NCBI GenBank assembly: GCA_964409605.1
Contig: CAYPEV010000001.1
Coordinates: 1 to 51,919, forward strand
Source: an uncultured Christensenella sp.
Lineage (GTDB): Bacteria > Bacillota > Clostridia > Christensenellales > CAG-138
Direction: 5' to 3'
Length of the DNA stretch: 51,919 nt
The notes under the pieces were generated by a model. The model searched no databases. It was given only the letters and a program-made list of their open reading frames with translations, and was not told where the DNA came from. Of the stretch, positions 17,501 to 25,385 are shown in pieces. Every line of letters begins with the position of its first letter. The stretch's first letter is position 1. Made by a program: the position numbers and the translations under genes.

Positions 17501-17968
17501 AACCAGGCGCTCGATGAGCGCCCTCGGCTCCAGCGCGTCGCCAACCGAGACGCGCATCTGGCTGTAGGCAAACGCACCCTTCGGGGCAAGCGCCTGCATA
17601 AGCGCCGCGGCGCTTGCCGCAACGACGCAAGGCTCGCCGTCGAGCAGCGCGGAAAGCGCAGAGATGCGCGCGCTGCGGTTCTCGCCGGAGGCCGCGTGTA
17701 CATAGGTCAGCGGCGTTTCGCGCGGCAGGAACAACTCCGCCCGCACGCCGAAGAGCCGCGTGCTTTCATGAAACTGCACGGCGGTGACATCCGTCGCGGT
17801 CACAAACAGCACCTGGCGTCTTTCTGCGAGCGCGGCGCAAAGATGCGCCTTTGCGTTTGCGGCAACGCCAAACGCCGCGACCGGGCCTTTGCCCCCCTCC
17901 AGCGCCTGCTTCATGCGCTGGTAGTCCGTCGCGGAATCGAGAATCTTCAGTATTGGGTTGTGGTTCAT
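14516..17968 (-). CDS. mfd: Transcription-repair coupling factor Mfd
   Basis: About 1150 aa. Contains the CarD/TRCF domain (GDYIVHEAHGIGRF), a superfamily-2 helicase (LLCGDVGYGKTE, DEEHRFG) and a TRG motif region. The start is ambiguous (ATG at 17968 or TTG at 17980). Confidence 0.97.
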   Translation of the reverse strand: MNHNPILKILDSATDYQRMKQALEGGKGPVAAFGVAANAKAHLCAALAERRQVLFVTATDVTAVQFHESTRLFGVRAELFLPRETPLTYVHAASGENRSARISALSALLDGEPCVVAASAAALMQALAPKGAFAYSQMRVSVGDALEPRALIERLVSAGYERVEMVEGRGQCAARGDLVDVFAPGEEYPVRIEFFGDEIDQMRTFDPVSQRSVEQTRAVLIRPALETPQPRELTQKALGRIAGRAGLSDQEDAWSEGIASVGGDVLLPLLYHQTETLLDYLREDAILIVDEALLIDEALRTEQLRFAETVKAMLERDEGVPEQGALERSANETLERLHTGRTALFYALSRTHPQFSPREIVSLESRGAPQFMGAFDEIAREIKRLNQQGEKTVIFAGEQTQELLQNLADYDAKASAASELPDPLPASQTLILPGQLARGFSYPQLKLNIFSEYEITGRTERAVKKSRSKKHLSFSELSVGDYIVHEAHGIGRFVKVEPLTVQGNTKDYLLIEYRGGDRLYIPTDQLDRVQKYVGGAEEETGPQLSKLGGAEWSNRVNKAKSAAKKLAFDLAALYAERASAKGFAFSRDTAWQRTFEERFPYELTPDQKQSIEEIKADMEQIRPMDRLLCGDVGYGKTELALRAVFKAIQDGKQAALLVPTTILAQQHYNTMCSRFADFPVKVACLSRFQTTKEREAVKDGLAKGQIDVVVGTHALLAKDVKYKALGLLVIDEEHRFGVNHKEQIKAMKKQVDVLTLTATPIPRTLNLSMTGIRDISVIETPPEARYPVQTYVMEYSDALVKDALSRELARKGQAYVVSNRVISMEQTMRRIESLVPEARVTIAHGQMGETQLENAMLDFLEQRYDILLCSTIIESGLDIGNANTLIVLEADRMGLAQLYQLRGRVGRSNRIGYAYFTVQSGRVMNEKAAKRLMAIREFTQFGAGFQLAMRDLEIRGAGSLLGAEQHGHITDVGYEYYVKLIRRAVDEQQGKAPEAVTETSVDIPIDAHIPHDYVSSELMRLKAYRRIAEIDSAESMMDVTEEFIDRYGEPPESVTNLMRISEVKAYASRAFIESVAVREGEAKLRFSENARLDGGRLISAVTGFEGARLIASDPPAIEIRQKNATAETITSKLPQFLYTIVRCVDNDAGI

Positions 17969-18022
17969 ACTCGGCGTCAAGCGTCCCCCGATTGTACTGC
18001 GTAGTCGGGACGCGGGCGGTGC

Positions 18023-18607
18023 TTACTCCGTCTTCGTCCCGCCGATGTGCCGTTTGTTGTATTTTGCCTGCGCTTCGCCGATTTTGCCCTGCAAAATCAG
18101 CGAAACCGCGTCCGCCGCGTCGCAAAACGCGCTTGCGAGTTCCTTCTGTTCGTCCTTGCTGGGCTTACCCAGCACATGCTTTTTCAGGTCGCCTCCGTTG
18201 TGATTGCCGACGCCGATGCGCACGCGCGGAAAATTCTCGCTGCCGAGCGTCCCGATGATGGAGCGCATGCCGTTGTGCGTGCCCGCGCTGCCCTTGTCGC
18301 GGATGCGAAGCGACCCCACCGGCAGCTCGATGTCGTCGTAGAGCACGACGAGATGCTCGACAGGGCATTTGTAAAAATGAAGCGCGGCCTGGATGCAATC
18401 GCCGGAGAGGTTCATATACGTCGTAGGCTTGATCAGCACCAGACGCTCTCCCTGGAAGCTTCCCTCGCCGTAGACGCCGGAAAAGCCGCGCTTGGAGACC
18501 TTGATGCCGAGCTGCTCCGCAATCGCTTCCAGCGCCTGAAAGCCCGCGTTGTGGCGCGTGCGCTGATAGAGCAATCCCGGATTACCAAGCCCTGCGACGA
18601 TGAACAT
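18023..18607 (-). CDS. pth: Peptidyl-tRNA hydrolase
   Basis: MFIVAGLGNPGLLYQRTRHNAGF ... GTHNGMRS. Start taken at the ATG at 18607 with a GAGGTAGG RBS. Confidence 0.95.
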   Translation of the reverse strand: MFIVAGLGNPGLLYQRTRHNAGFQALEAIAEQLGIKVSKRGFSGVYGEGSFQGERLVLIKPTTYMNLSGDCIQAALHFYKCPVEHLVVLYDDIELPVGSLRIRDKGSAGTHNGMRSIIGTLGSENFPRVRIGVGNHNGGDLKKHVLGKPSKDEQKELASAFCDAADAVSLILQGKIGEAQAKYNKRHIGGTKTE

Positions 18608-18714
18608 ACCTACCTCAAGAAAAAACCGGATTTCGCTCCCCGCTTCTTCGGAAAGCCAAATTATCATAGCACTTTCGCGCGCTCTTGACAACAGCGCATT
18701 GTTGGTGATACGCT

Positions 18715-18975
18715 ATCAAGACGATATGAGCTGCGACGGAAAGAGTAGCAAACCCGCGCGTTTGAAGAGAGATTCGGGGTCAGGTGAAAGCCCGAAATCG
18801 TGCGCTTTGTGAACATGGCTCCCGAGCTCCTCGCGGTGAACGCTCCATTTGCCTCAGCCGCGGCGGGTCTCCGCCCGATACAGCGGGAACTTATGCCCCC
18901 GATTACGGGGAAGTAGGGTGGTTTTCCGGCTGCGATTGTTCGCGCTGTCCTTACGATTGGGCGGCGCGTTTTTTT
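18715..18975 (+). promoter_or_regulatory. T-box leader (Met specifier) controlling metG
   Basis: GA/K-turn-like CGACGGAAAGAGTAG, AGAGA box (GAAGAGAG) and GGTGAAAG distal loop. Candidate specifier GAAC-AUG-G at 18815-18817. T-box core TAGGGTGGT at 18914-18922. Terminator CGCGCUGUCC-loop-GGGCGGCGCG plus U7 at 18941-18975. Confidence 0.6.
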
Positions 18976-19021
18976 GATTGCTACCGATATAGAGAGTTTG
19001 ATTTGGTTGGAGGAGACCGTT

Positions 19022-21028
19022 ATGAGCGAGAAGAAGACATTTTATATCACGACACCCATCTATTACCCCAGCGCGAGCCTGCACATCGGGCATGCATACA
19101 GCACCGTCGCAACGGACGCCATCGCGCGCTATCACCGCCAGCGCGGGCACGAGACGTTCTTTTTGACCGGCTCGGACGAGCACGGCCAGAAAATCGAGCG
19201 CAAGGCAAAGGCCGCGGGTGTCACGCCGCAGGCATATGTCGACAAGATCGTAGACGGCTTCAAGGATCTCTGGAAGCTCCTCGATATCTCCTATGATAAG
19301 TTCATCCGCACGACCGACGACTATCACGTCAAGGCCGTGCAGAAGATGTTTAAAAAGCTCTACGATCAGGGCGACATCTATAAATCGAAATACACCGGCC
19401 ACTACTGTACGCCCTGCGAAAGCTTCTGGCTCGATCGTCAGGTTGAGGAAGCGGGCGGCGTCTGCCCGGACTGCGGCGGCCCTGTGGAGCTTGTCGAAGA
19501 AGAGAGCTACTTTTTCCGGCTCTCGAAGTATGCCGACCGGTTGATTCAGTATATCAAGGACAACCCGACGTTCATCCAGCCCGTTACCCGCACAAATGAG
19601 ATGCTGCAAAACTTCCTCCTGCCGGGCCTCGAGGACCTCTGCGTGAGCCGCACGAGCTTCACGTGGGGGATTCCGGTCGATTTTGACGGAAAACACGTGG
19701 TCTATGTCTGGCTTGACGCGCTATCTAACTACATTACGGCACTCGGGTGGGGGAGCGATGACGATTCGCTCTACCGCAAATTCTGGCCGGCAGACGTGCA
19801 CATCGTCGGCAAGGAGATCGTGCGCTTTCATACGATCATCTGGCCGATCATGCTCATGGCGCTCGGCGAGCCGCTGCCCAAGCAGGTCTTCGGCCACGGC
19901 TGGCTCGTGCTGGACGGCGGGAAGATGAGCAAAAGTAAGGGCAACGTCGTCGACCCCGTCGCGCTCTGCGCGCGCTACGGCGTGGACGCGATCCGCTATT
20001 TTCTGCTGCGTGAGGTTCCGTTCGGCTCGGATGGCACGTTCTCCAACGAGGCGCTGATCGCGCGGATCAACACGGATCTCGCCAACGACCTCGGCAATCT
20101 ATTAAGCCGCACGGTCGCGATGATCGACAAGTATTTCGCAGGCGTGCTGCCCGCGCCTTCCGCGGTTGCGGAAGAGGACGCGGCGCTCATCGCGCTTGCC
20201 CGCGAGCTGCCCGCGAAGGTGGACGCGCAGATGACGGAACTGCATATCCCCGATGCGCTCGCGGAGATCTGGAAACTCGTGAATGCCTGCAACAAATATA
20301 TCGACGTCACCGCGCCCTGGTCGCTCGCCAAGAGCGAAGCGGGCCAGGAGCGGCTCAAGACGGTGCTGTATAACCTTGCGGAGAGCCTGCGCATCGTCGC
20401 GGTCCTGCTCACGCCGTTTTTGACGAGCACGCCCGCAAAGATGTTTACCCAGCTCGGCACCGCGCCCGCGCAGGCAGCGCTCGAAGCCGTCGCCTGGGGC
20501 GGCAGTGTCCCCGGCTCTGTCGTACACAAGGGCGAATCCCTCTTCCCCCGCATCGATGTCGAAGCGGAGCTCGCCTATTTCGCGGCAGAGGCGGAGAAAG
20601 CCAAGGCAGCAACGGCCCCCGCACAGGAGCCCGCGCCCGCGGCGGAAGCAGCGCCTGCAGCCCCGGCAAAGCATGCGCACGGCGATGAAGAAGCCCCGGC
20701 GGAGATCGAGTACGACGACTTCGCGAAAGTCGATCTGCGTCTGGCGAAAGTCATCGCCTGCGAAGAGATCAAAAAGAGTAAAAAGCTGCTCAAGCTCACG
20801 CTGGAGGTAGGTTTGGAAACGCGCACGGTCGTCTCCGGCATCAAGCAGTGGTACACGCCGGACGACCTCGTCGGCAAGACAGTCGTGCTGGTCGCAAACC
20901 TTAAGCCCGTCACGCTCTGCGGCGTGGAAAGCCACGGTATGATCCTCTGCGCTTCCGATGCGGCGGACGAAAACCTCTCCGCGCTGACCACGCTCGCCGC
21001 AATGGAGAGCGGGCTAAAGGTGCGCTGA
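19022..21028 (+). CDS. metG: Methionine--tRNA ligase with a C-terminal tRNA-binding (EMAP/Trbp111-like) domain
   Basis: FYITTPIYYPSASLHIGHAYS (HIGH) and KMSKSKGN (KMSKS). The C-terminal domain reads VDLRLAKVIACEEIKKSKKLLKL..., preceded by an Ala/Pro/Glu-rich linker. GGAGGAG RBS. Confidence 0.97.
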   Translation: MSEKKTFYITTPIYYPSASLHIGHAYSTVATDAIARYHRQRGHETFFLTGSDEHGQKIERKAKAAGVTPQAYVDKIVDGFKDLWKLLDISYDKFIRTTDDYHVKAVQKMFKKLYDQGDIYKSKYTGHYCTPCESFWLDRQVEEAGGVCPDCGGPVELVEEESYFFRLSKYADRLIQYIKDNPTFIQPVTRTNEMLQNFLLPGLEDLCVSRTSFTWGIPVDFDGKHVVYVWLDALSNYITALGWGSDDDSLYRKFWPADVHIVGKEIVRFHTIIWPIMLMALGEPLPKQVFGHGWLVLDGGKMSKSKGNVVDPVALCARYGVDAIRYFLLREVPFGSDGTFSNEALIARINTDLANDLGNLLSRTVAMIDKYFAGVLPAPSAVAEEDAALIALARELPAKVDAQMTELHIPDALAEIWKLVNACNKYIDVTAPWSLAKSEAGQERLKTVLYNLAESLRIVAVLLTPFLTSTPAKMFTQLGTAPAQAALEAVAWGGSVPGSVVHKGESLFPRIDVEAELAYFAAEAEKAKAATAPAQEPAPAAEAAPAAPAKHAHGDEEAPAEIEYDDFAKVDLRLAKVIACEEIKKSKKLLKLTLEVGLETRTVVSGIKQWYTPDDLVGKTVVLVANLKPVTLCGVESHGMILCASDAADENLSALTTLAAMESGLKVR

Positions 21029-21061
21029 ACCCGTAACTCCAGGACGAAAGAGGAGGAACCG

Positions 21062-21619
21062 ATGTCCGAGCATATTCTGAAAGACGGGCGCACGCTGATT
21101 TTGCGCGATCCTATGCTCTCCGACGCGCAGGAGATGATCGACTATCTCAAGGCCGTCGGCGGCGAGACGGATTTTCTGCTCGCGGACGAAAACGGCATCG
21201 AAGGCCTGACGCTCGAGGGCGAGCAGAGCTGGATCACGGGCACGCTCTCCGCGCCGAACACAAAGATGTTCGTAGGCACTGTGGACGGCGAGATCGTGCT
21301 GGTATGCGATGTCCGCGCCGCGGGACGGCCCAGAATCGCGCACAACGCCGGCCTCGCGATCTCGATCAAGCGTGACTACTGGCACCTCGGTATCGGCCAT
21401 ATCGCCATGCGGGCGATGATCGATTTTGCCAGATCGACCGATGCGCTGCGCACGCTCTCGCTGGAGGTGCGCGAGGGGAACGAAAGAGCCATCGCGCTCT
21501 ACCGCCGCTTCGGCTTCGTGGAAATCGGGCGGCACAAGGCGCGAATCAACGTACGCGGAACCTACTACGACGAGATTTTGATGGATCTCGACCTCGCGCA
21601 ACAGGCGCAATCCACATAA
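21062..21619 (+). CDS. GNAT family N-acetyltransferase
   Basis: 185 aa. WHLGIGHIAMRAMIDFAR ... NERAIALYRRFGFVEIG is the acetyl-CoA-binding motif A region. Confidence 0.85.
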   Translation: MSEHILKDGRTLILRDPMLSDAQEMIDYLKAVGGETDFLLADENGIEGLTLEGEQSWITGTLSAPNTKMFVGTVDGEIVLVCDVRAAGRPRIAHNAGLAISIKRDYWHLGIGHIAMRAMIDFARSTDALRTLSLEVREGNERAIALYRRFGFVEIGRHKARINVRGTYYDEILMDLDLAQQAQST

Positions 21620-21634
21620 TCAGGAAGTTGAACC

Positions 21635-22405
21635 ATGCAGTTATTTGATACCCATGCGCACCTGCTCGACGACAAGTTTGAAGAAGACCGCAACCCGCTC
21701 ATCGCCTCCCTTCCGGCGGCGGGCGTATGCGGCTTCGTGGAGGCCTGCGTCGAGGCGGAAGATATCCCGAAGATTCAGGGATTGACGCTATTGTATGACT
21801 ATATCTACGGCAGCGCGGGTATTCACCCCCACGCCGCGAGCAAGGCGGACAACACCAACCTGCTGCGCGTCGAGCGCGCGCTGGAGCAGAAGAAGATCGT
21901 TGCGGTCGGTGAAATCGGGCTGGACTACCACTATGACTTCTCCCCGCGCGAGGCGCAGCGGGAAGCGTTTGCCAATCAGCTCGATGTTGCGATCGCCGCA
22001 AAAAAACCCGTGATCATCCATGACCGCGAGGCACACGGAGACGTCATGGCGCTCCTCTCCGCCCGTAAAGGGCGTTTGGGCGGCGTGCTGCATTGCTACT
22101 CCGGCAGTTATGAGGATGCGGTGCGCTATGTCAATATGGGTTTTTATATCGCCTTTGGCGGCGCGCTGACATTCAAAAACGCCAGCAAGCAGCGTGCCAT
22201 CGCGGAGAGACTCCCGCTGGAGCGGATCGTGATCGAGACCGACTGCCCCTATATGACGCCGGAGCCGCACAGAGGCGAACGCAACAGCCCGCTTTTGATC
22301 CACCTCACGCTGGAGACGCTCGCGAAGGTACGCGCCATCTCCTTGGAAGATGCGGCTGAAGCCACCTATCAAAACGCGATGGATCTATTCGGAATTTCGC
22401 TGTAA
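21635..22405 (+). CDS. tatD: TatD family metal-dependent hydrolase (YabD-like)
   Basis: MQLFDTHAHL... GEIGLDYHYD... VIIHDREAH... ETDCPYMTP. Conserved synteny after metG. Confidence 0.92.
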   Translation: MQLFDTHAHLLDDKFEEDRNPLIASLPAAGVCGFVEACVEAEDIPKIQGLTLLYDYIYGSAGIHPHAASKADNTNLLRVERALEQKKIVAVGEIGLDYHYDFSPREAQREAFANQLDVAIAAKKPVIIHDREAHGDVMALLSARKGRLGGVLHCYSGSYEDAVRYVNMGFYIAFGGALTFKNASKQRAIAERLPLERIVIETDCPYMTPEPHRGERNSPLLIHLTLETLAKVRAISLEDAAEATYQNAMDLFGISL

Positions 22406-22420
22406 AAACATTGCATCAAA

Positions 22421-22450
22421 CAAAGGGCGCTCCCACGGGAGCGCCCTTTG
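22421..22450. terminator. Bidirectional terminator hairpin between convergent genes
   Basis: CAAAGGGCGCTCCC / GGGAGCGCCCTTTG, a 14-bp inverted repeat. Confidence 0.6.
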
Positions 22451-22490
22451 TGCTATGGGACGGATGCATGCCGGCGGTGCTGTGCGCGCC

Positions 22491-22775
22491 TCACTTGAAA
22501 ATGCCGATTATGGTCAGGACCATAAACGCGGACCAGCCGACCAATAAACAAACGAGGAGCACCACGAGGCCGGTTGAAAGGGCTTTGTGTTGTTCCTTTG
22601 TGTCTCGCGCCCATCGGGCAAGTGCGGGAAATATGAGAGGAATCGCAATTGCCCCGCAGATCACAGGAATCCAAGGATCAAATTGTCCGCCGGAGCGCAG
22701 CAACGGAGCCAAAATCAACGCAATGAGAAGCAATCCGCCCCCGATCGCAAGTTGGATGGCATATTCTTTCTTCAT
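22491..22775 (-). CDS. Small membrane protein of unknown function (3 predicted TM)
   Basis: 94-aa hydrophobic ORF with AAAGGAA RBS. Co-directional with, and 76 nt downstream of, the 213-aa membrane ORF. Confidence 0.55.
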   Translation of the reverse strand: MKKEYAIQLAIGGGLLLIALILAPLLRSGGQFDPWIPVICGAIAIPLIFPALARWARDTKEQHKALSTGLVVLLVCLLVGWSAFMVLTIIGIFK

Positions 22776-22851
22776 ATCCGACGTTCCTTTCTGTTCGTGT
22801 TGTCTGTCGCGTTCGCATGCGCAGATTCTGACGTTCTGTTTGGCGCAGGAC

Positions 22852-23493
22852 CTACATCCACCCCATCAGCCCGAACACCACCAGCGCCGCGATATCCACG
22901 CCGAAGATGATACCGAGGGTGAGGAGCTTGTTTTTCATCCGCTTCATATCGTGCACCACAAACGCCATCGTGAAAAACGGAAGATAACCGATCAGCCAGA
23001 CGAGGTACGGGAACGAGCGGCTCCACCAGGGATACTCCCACGTAAGCAGTCCCGCGTAGTTGAGGAAGCATTCGATGACGACGGCGAGCGTGGTATAGAC
23101 CGCCGCCCAAAAGACGCGATTGTTGATGCCGAGGATCTTCGCTTTCGGGTCTTGCGGGAGCGTCAGGCAGACCACAACGCCCATCATCGCGAACATGAAC
23201 GAAATCTCGATGTTGTAGCCGATCAGCAAAAGCAGCGCCGTATCGCCGACACCCATCGGCGTGCCCCAAACAGGCGCAAACCCCGTCGCGTGGAAGACGA
23301 TGCTGTTCCAGATCTCGTTGAAAAGATCCATGCCCCAGAGCGCGGCGCCGCCCAGAACGACATTCCAGTTCTTCGCGGAGATCTCCTTGTTGTAGATGTA
23401 CATGACGAAAAGCAGCATGGGAATCACATACCATTTGAGCGTGAGCGCGGTCGCGCGCAAGATCTCCAGCGCGCTGAGCGAATATGCGGACAT
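22852..23493 (-). CDS. Polytopic membrane protein of unknown function
   Basis: 213 aa, about 6-7 hydrophobic segments. CAGGAGG RBS. Its own TTGACA-16-TATTCT promoter lies at 23535-23562. I could not recognise a family. Confidence 0.6.
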   Translation of the reverse strand: MSAYSLSALEILRATALTLKWYVIPMLLFVMYIYNKEISAKNWNVVLGGAALWGMDLFNEIWNSIVFHATGFAPVWGTPMGVGDTALLLLIGYNIEISFMFAMMGVVVCLTLPQDPKAKILGINNRVFWAAVYTTLAVVIECFLNYAGLLTWEYPWWSRSFPYLVWLIGYLPFFTMAFVVHDMKRMKNKLLTLGIIFGVDIAALVVFGLMGWM

Positions 23494-23640
23494 GATCTGC
23501 CTCCTGATCTGATTTGATCCGATGTGATACCATCAGAATACGCGGAATCCTCCTGTTGTCAATCCTATTTTCGTTGATTACGCATTTGTCTGTTGATGAA
23601 TCATCATCCACATGATTCTGCTGTGCGCTGACAGTTTTTC

Positions 23641-23669
23641 TTGATATTCATCCGCCGCTCGGATATACT
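23641..23669 (+). promoter_or_regulatory. Predicted promoter of the first DUF5684-like gene
   Basis: TTGATA, 17-nt spacer, TATACT. Confidence 0.5.
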
Positions 23670-23699
23670 TGCATCAAAATATGCGGGAGAGCCATTCGT

Positions 23700-24134
23700 A
23701 TGTCTAATGATCAGGAAATCTGGCACTTTCTCTTGTCCGGAGCCGGGAACTTCCCATACCTGCTGGTCATGCTCGCGATCTACAGTCTGATTGTGTTATG
23801 CGTCATCTTTGACAAAGCCTTCGAGCCCGCTTGGGGCGCGCTTGTGCCGATTTATCAACCGTTTCTCTATTGCAAAATCACCTGGGGCAGCGGCTGGTAT
23901 TTTCTTCTGCTGCTGGTACCGGTTGTGAATATCGCGTTTGGGATACTCACCCGCATAAAGCTCGCAAAAGCGTTCGGCAAAGACGGCTGGTTTGCGCTGG
24001 GGCTCGTATTCCTCGGCGTCGTGTTCATGAGCATACTTGCGTTTGGCGAAGCGCGGTATCAGGGGGCGCCCGGGCGGAGTGAATCGCTCTTTGCGGAGCA
24101 GGACCGCGATCCGATCTTCTACAGTCGCGAATAG
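23700..24134 (+). CDS. Small membrane protein, DUF5684-like (paralogue 1)
   Basis: 144 aa. KITWGSGWYFLLLLVPVVNIAFGILTRIKLAKAFGKDGWFALGLVFL is shared with the ORF at 24343. The family name is from memory. Confidence 0.65.
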   Translation: MSNDQEIWHFLLSGAGNFPYLLVMLAIYSLIVLCVIFDKAFEPAWGALVPIYQPFLYCKITWGSGWYFLLLLVPVVNIAFGILTRIKLAKAFGKDGWFALGLVFLGVVFMSILAFGEARYQGAPGRSESLFAEQDRDPIFYSRE

Positions 24135-24136
24135 AG

Positions 24137-24290
24137 ATCCTCTTTCGCAGCGAACACACCATTTTGTTTTTTTTACAAAAGCAATATCCTCTTTCGCGGC
24201 GAACGCACCATTTTATGTTTTCTTTTACAAAAAACAATATCATCTTTCGTGACGAACGCACCATTCTGTCTTTTCTTTTGGAAACGAAGT
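24137..24290. repeat. Three tandem ~49-53-bp repeats, each with an 11-bp perfect palindrome TTCG(C/T)-N-(G/A)CGAA
   Basis: Units start at 24137, 24186 and 24239. Palindromes are TTCGCAGCGAA (24144-24154), TTCGCGGCGAA (24193-24203) and TTCGTGACGAA (24246-24256). Each is followed by CACCATT and a T-rich tract. Confidence 0.85.
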
Positions 24291-24342
24291 GGTATACTCA
24301 AGTCAGATTCAACAAACGTTGAAAGAAAGGAGAACTGAATCC

Positions 24343-24720
24343 ATGGAATCCTATTATTCCGACTATTATTTTCAACCCAGTCCCGCCATGACAGTATTGT
24401 ACTTGGCATTTTTGGTGCTTGGCGTTGTTGCCATGTGGAAGATCTTCGAAAAAGCGGGAGAACCCGGCTGGGCTGCGATTATCCCGTTTTACAACATCTA
24501 CGTGCTGTTCAAAATCACCTGGGGCAACGGCTGGAAATTCCTGTTCCTGCTGATTCCGCTGGCCAACATCGTGTTTCTGATCATCACCATGGTCAAGCTC
24601 GCAAAAGCCTTCGGCAAGAGCGGCGGCTTTGCGGTCGGGCTGATCTTCCTGAGTCTCATCTTCTATTGCATCCTCGCGTTTGACCAGTCTCAGTATCTGG
24701 GCGTGCCCGAGAGCATGTAA
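24343..24720 (+). CDS. Small membrane protein, DUF5684-like (paralogue 2)
   Basis: Start taken at the ATG at 24343 (AAAGGAG 10 nt upstream). MWKIFEKAGEPGWAAIIPFYNIYVLFKITWGNGWKFLFLLIPLANIVFLIITMVKLAKAFGKSGGFAVGLIFL. Confidence 0.65.
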   Translation: MESYYSDYYFQPSPAMTVLYLAFLVLGVVAMWKIFEKAGEPGWAAIIPFYNIYVLFKITWGNGWKFLFLLIPLANIVFLIITMVKLAKAFGKSGGFAVGLIFLSLIFYCILAFDQSQYLGVPESM

Positions 24721-24741
24721 CTCAATCCTGCAAACATACAG

Positions 24742-24771
24742 CGAGCGCCCTTTTTCGGGCGCTCGTTTTTT
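24742..24771 (+). terminator. Rho-independent terminator
   Basis: CGAGCGCCC-TTTTTC-GGGCGCTCG followed by TTTTTT. Confidence 0.8.
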
Positions 24772-24808
24772 GCTGCTTGAAGTTTGGCGCGTCTGCGCGC
24801 ACGATGGA

Positions 24809-25315
24809 TCAAATCCGCGCCTTGGGCTCGCTTGCGCATTCGTTTTTGGTGCCGAGCAGCATATGGAGACCGTGCTCCAGCGCGGGCAGTACCGGCTCCA
24901 GATTTTCCCGCACAGCCTTCGGGCTGCCGGGCAGGTTGACGATCAGCGCATCATGATATAACCCCGCCTGCGCGCGGGAGAGCATCGCGCGGTTGGTGAT
25001 ATTCAGGCAATAGGCGCGCATCGCCTCCGGTATGCCGGGCGCCATCCGCTCGCAGACCGCAATCGTCGCTTCCGGCGTGACATCCCGCTTGCTGAAGCCC
25101 GTTCCACCGCTCGTGAGGATCAGGTTTGCGCCGAGTGCGTCCGCGTGCCGCCGGAGCTCCGCCTCGATCTGCGGCTGTTCATCCGGCACGATGGAGATCG
25201 TGATCACCTCGTACCCCGCTTCTTTGAGCATCTGCGCCGCGAGCGGGCCCGCCGTGTCCTCGCGCTCCCCGCGAAACCCCTTGTCGCTGATGGTGATAAC
25301 GGACGCCTTGAACAT
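24809..25315 (-). CDS. mogA: Molybdopterin adenylyltransferase MogA/MoaB family
   Basis: VITISDKG...LILTSGGTGFSKRDVTPEA...PGSPKAV. GGAGGA RBS. Confidence 0.9.
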   Translation of the reverse strand: MFKASVITISDKGFRGEREDTAGPLAAQMLKEAGYEVITISIVPDEQPQIEAELRRHADALGANLILTSGGTGFSKRDVTPEATIAVCERMAPGIPEAMRAYCLNITNRAMLSRAQAGLYHDALIVNLPGSPKAVRENLEPVLPALEHGLHMLLGTKNECASEPKARI

Positions 25316-25385
25316 ATGTGTTTCATCCTCCTGCCGCCCGCGTGTCCGGGCGCATGCTCAGTCTATCAGCCGCGCGCACGTTCGT

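Noticed and set aside
14462-18004. 1180-aa plus-strand ORF spanning the whole mfd locus
   Set aside because: It is exactly antisense to a full-length, motif-rich Mfd. Its translation is Arg/Ala/Leu/His-rich low-complexity sequence with no recognisable domain. Long stop-free antisense frames are expected at this GC content.
21062-21619. GNAT as a toxin of a GNAT/RHH toxin-antitoxin pair
   Set aside because: There is no small antitoxin ORF on either side. The gene is packed between metG and tatD with 33-nt and 15-nt gaps, consistent with an ordinary RimJ/RimL-type acetyltransferase.
24137-24290. Possible CRISPR array
   Set aside because: There are only three units, they are directly adjacent with no unique spacers of CRISPR size, the units are degenerate rather than identical, and no cas genes are present.
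24025-24409. Two minus-strand ORFs (79 and 78 aa) with repeated MVRS.RK.I peptides
   Set aside because: The peptide repetition is just the translated image of the three DNA repeats. No SD precedes any of the ATGs. The first ORF runs antisense into the 3' end of the upstream gene.
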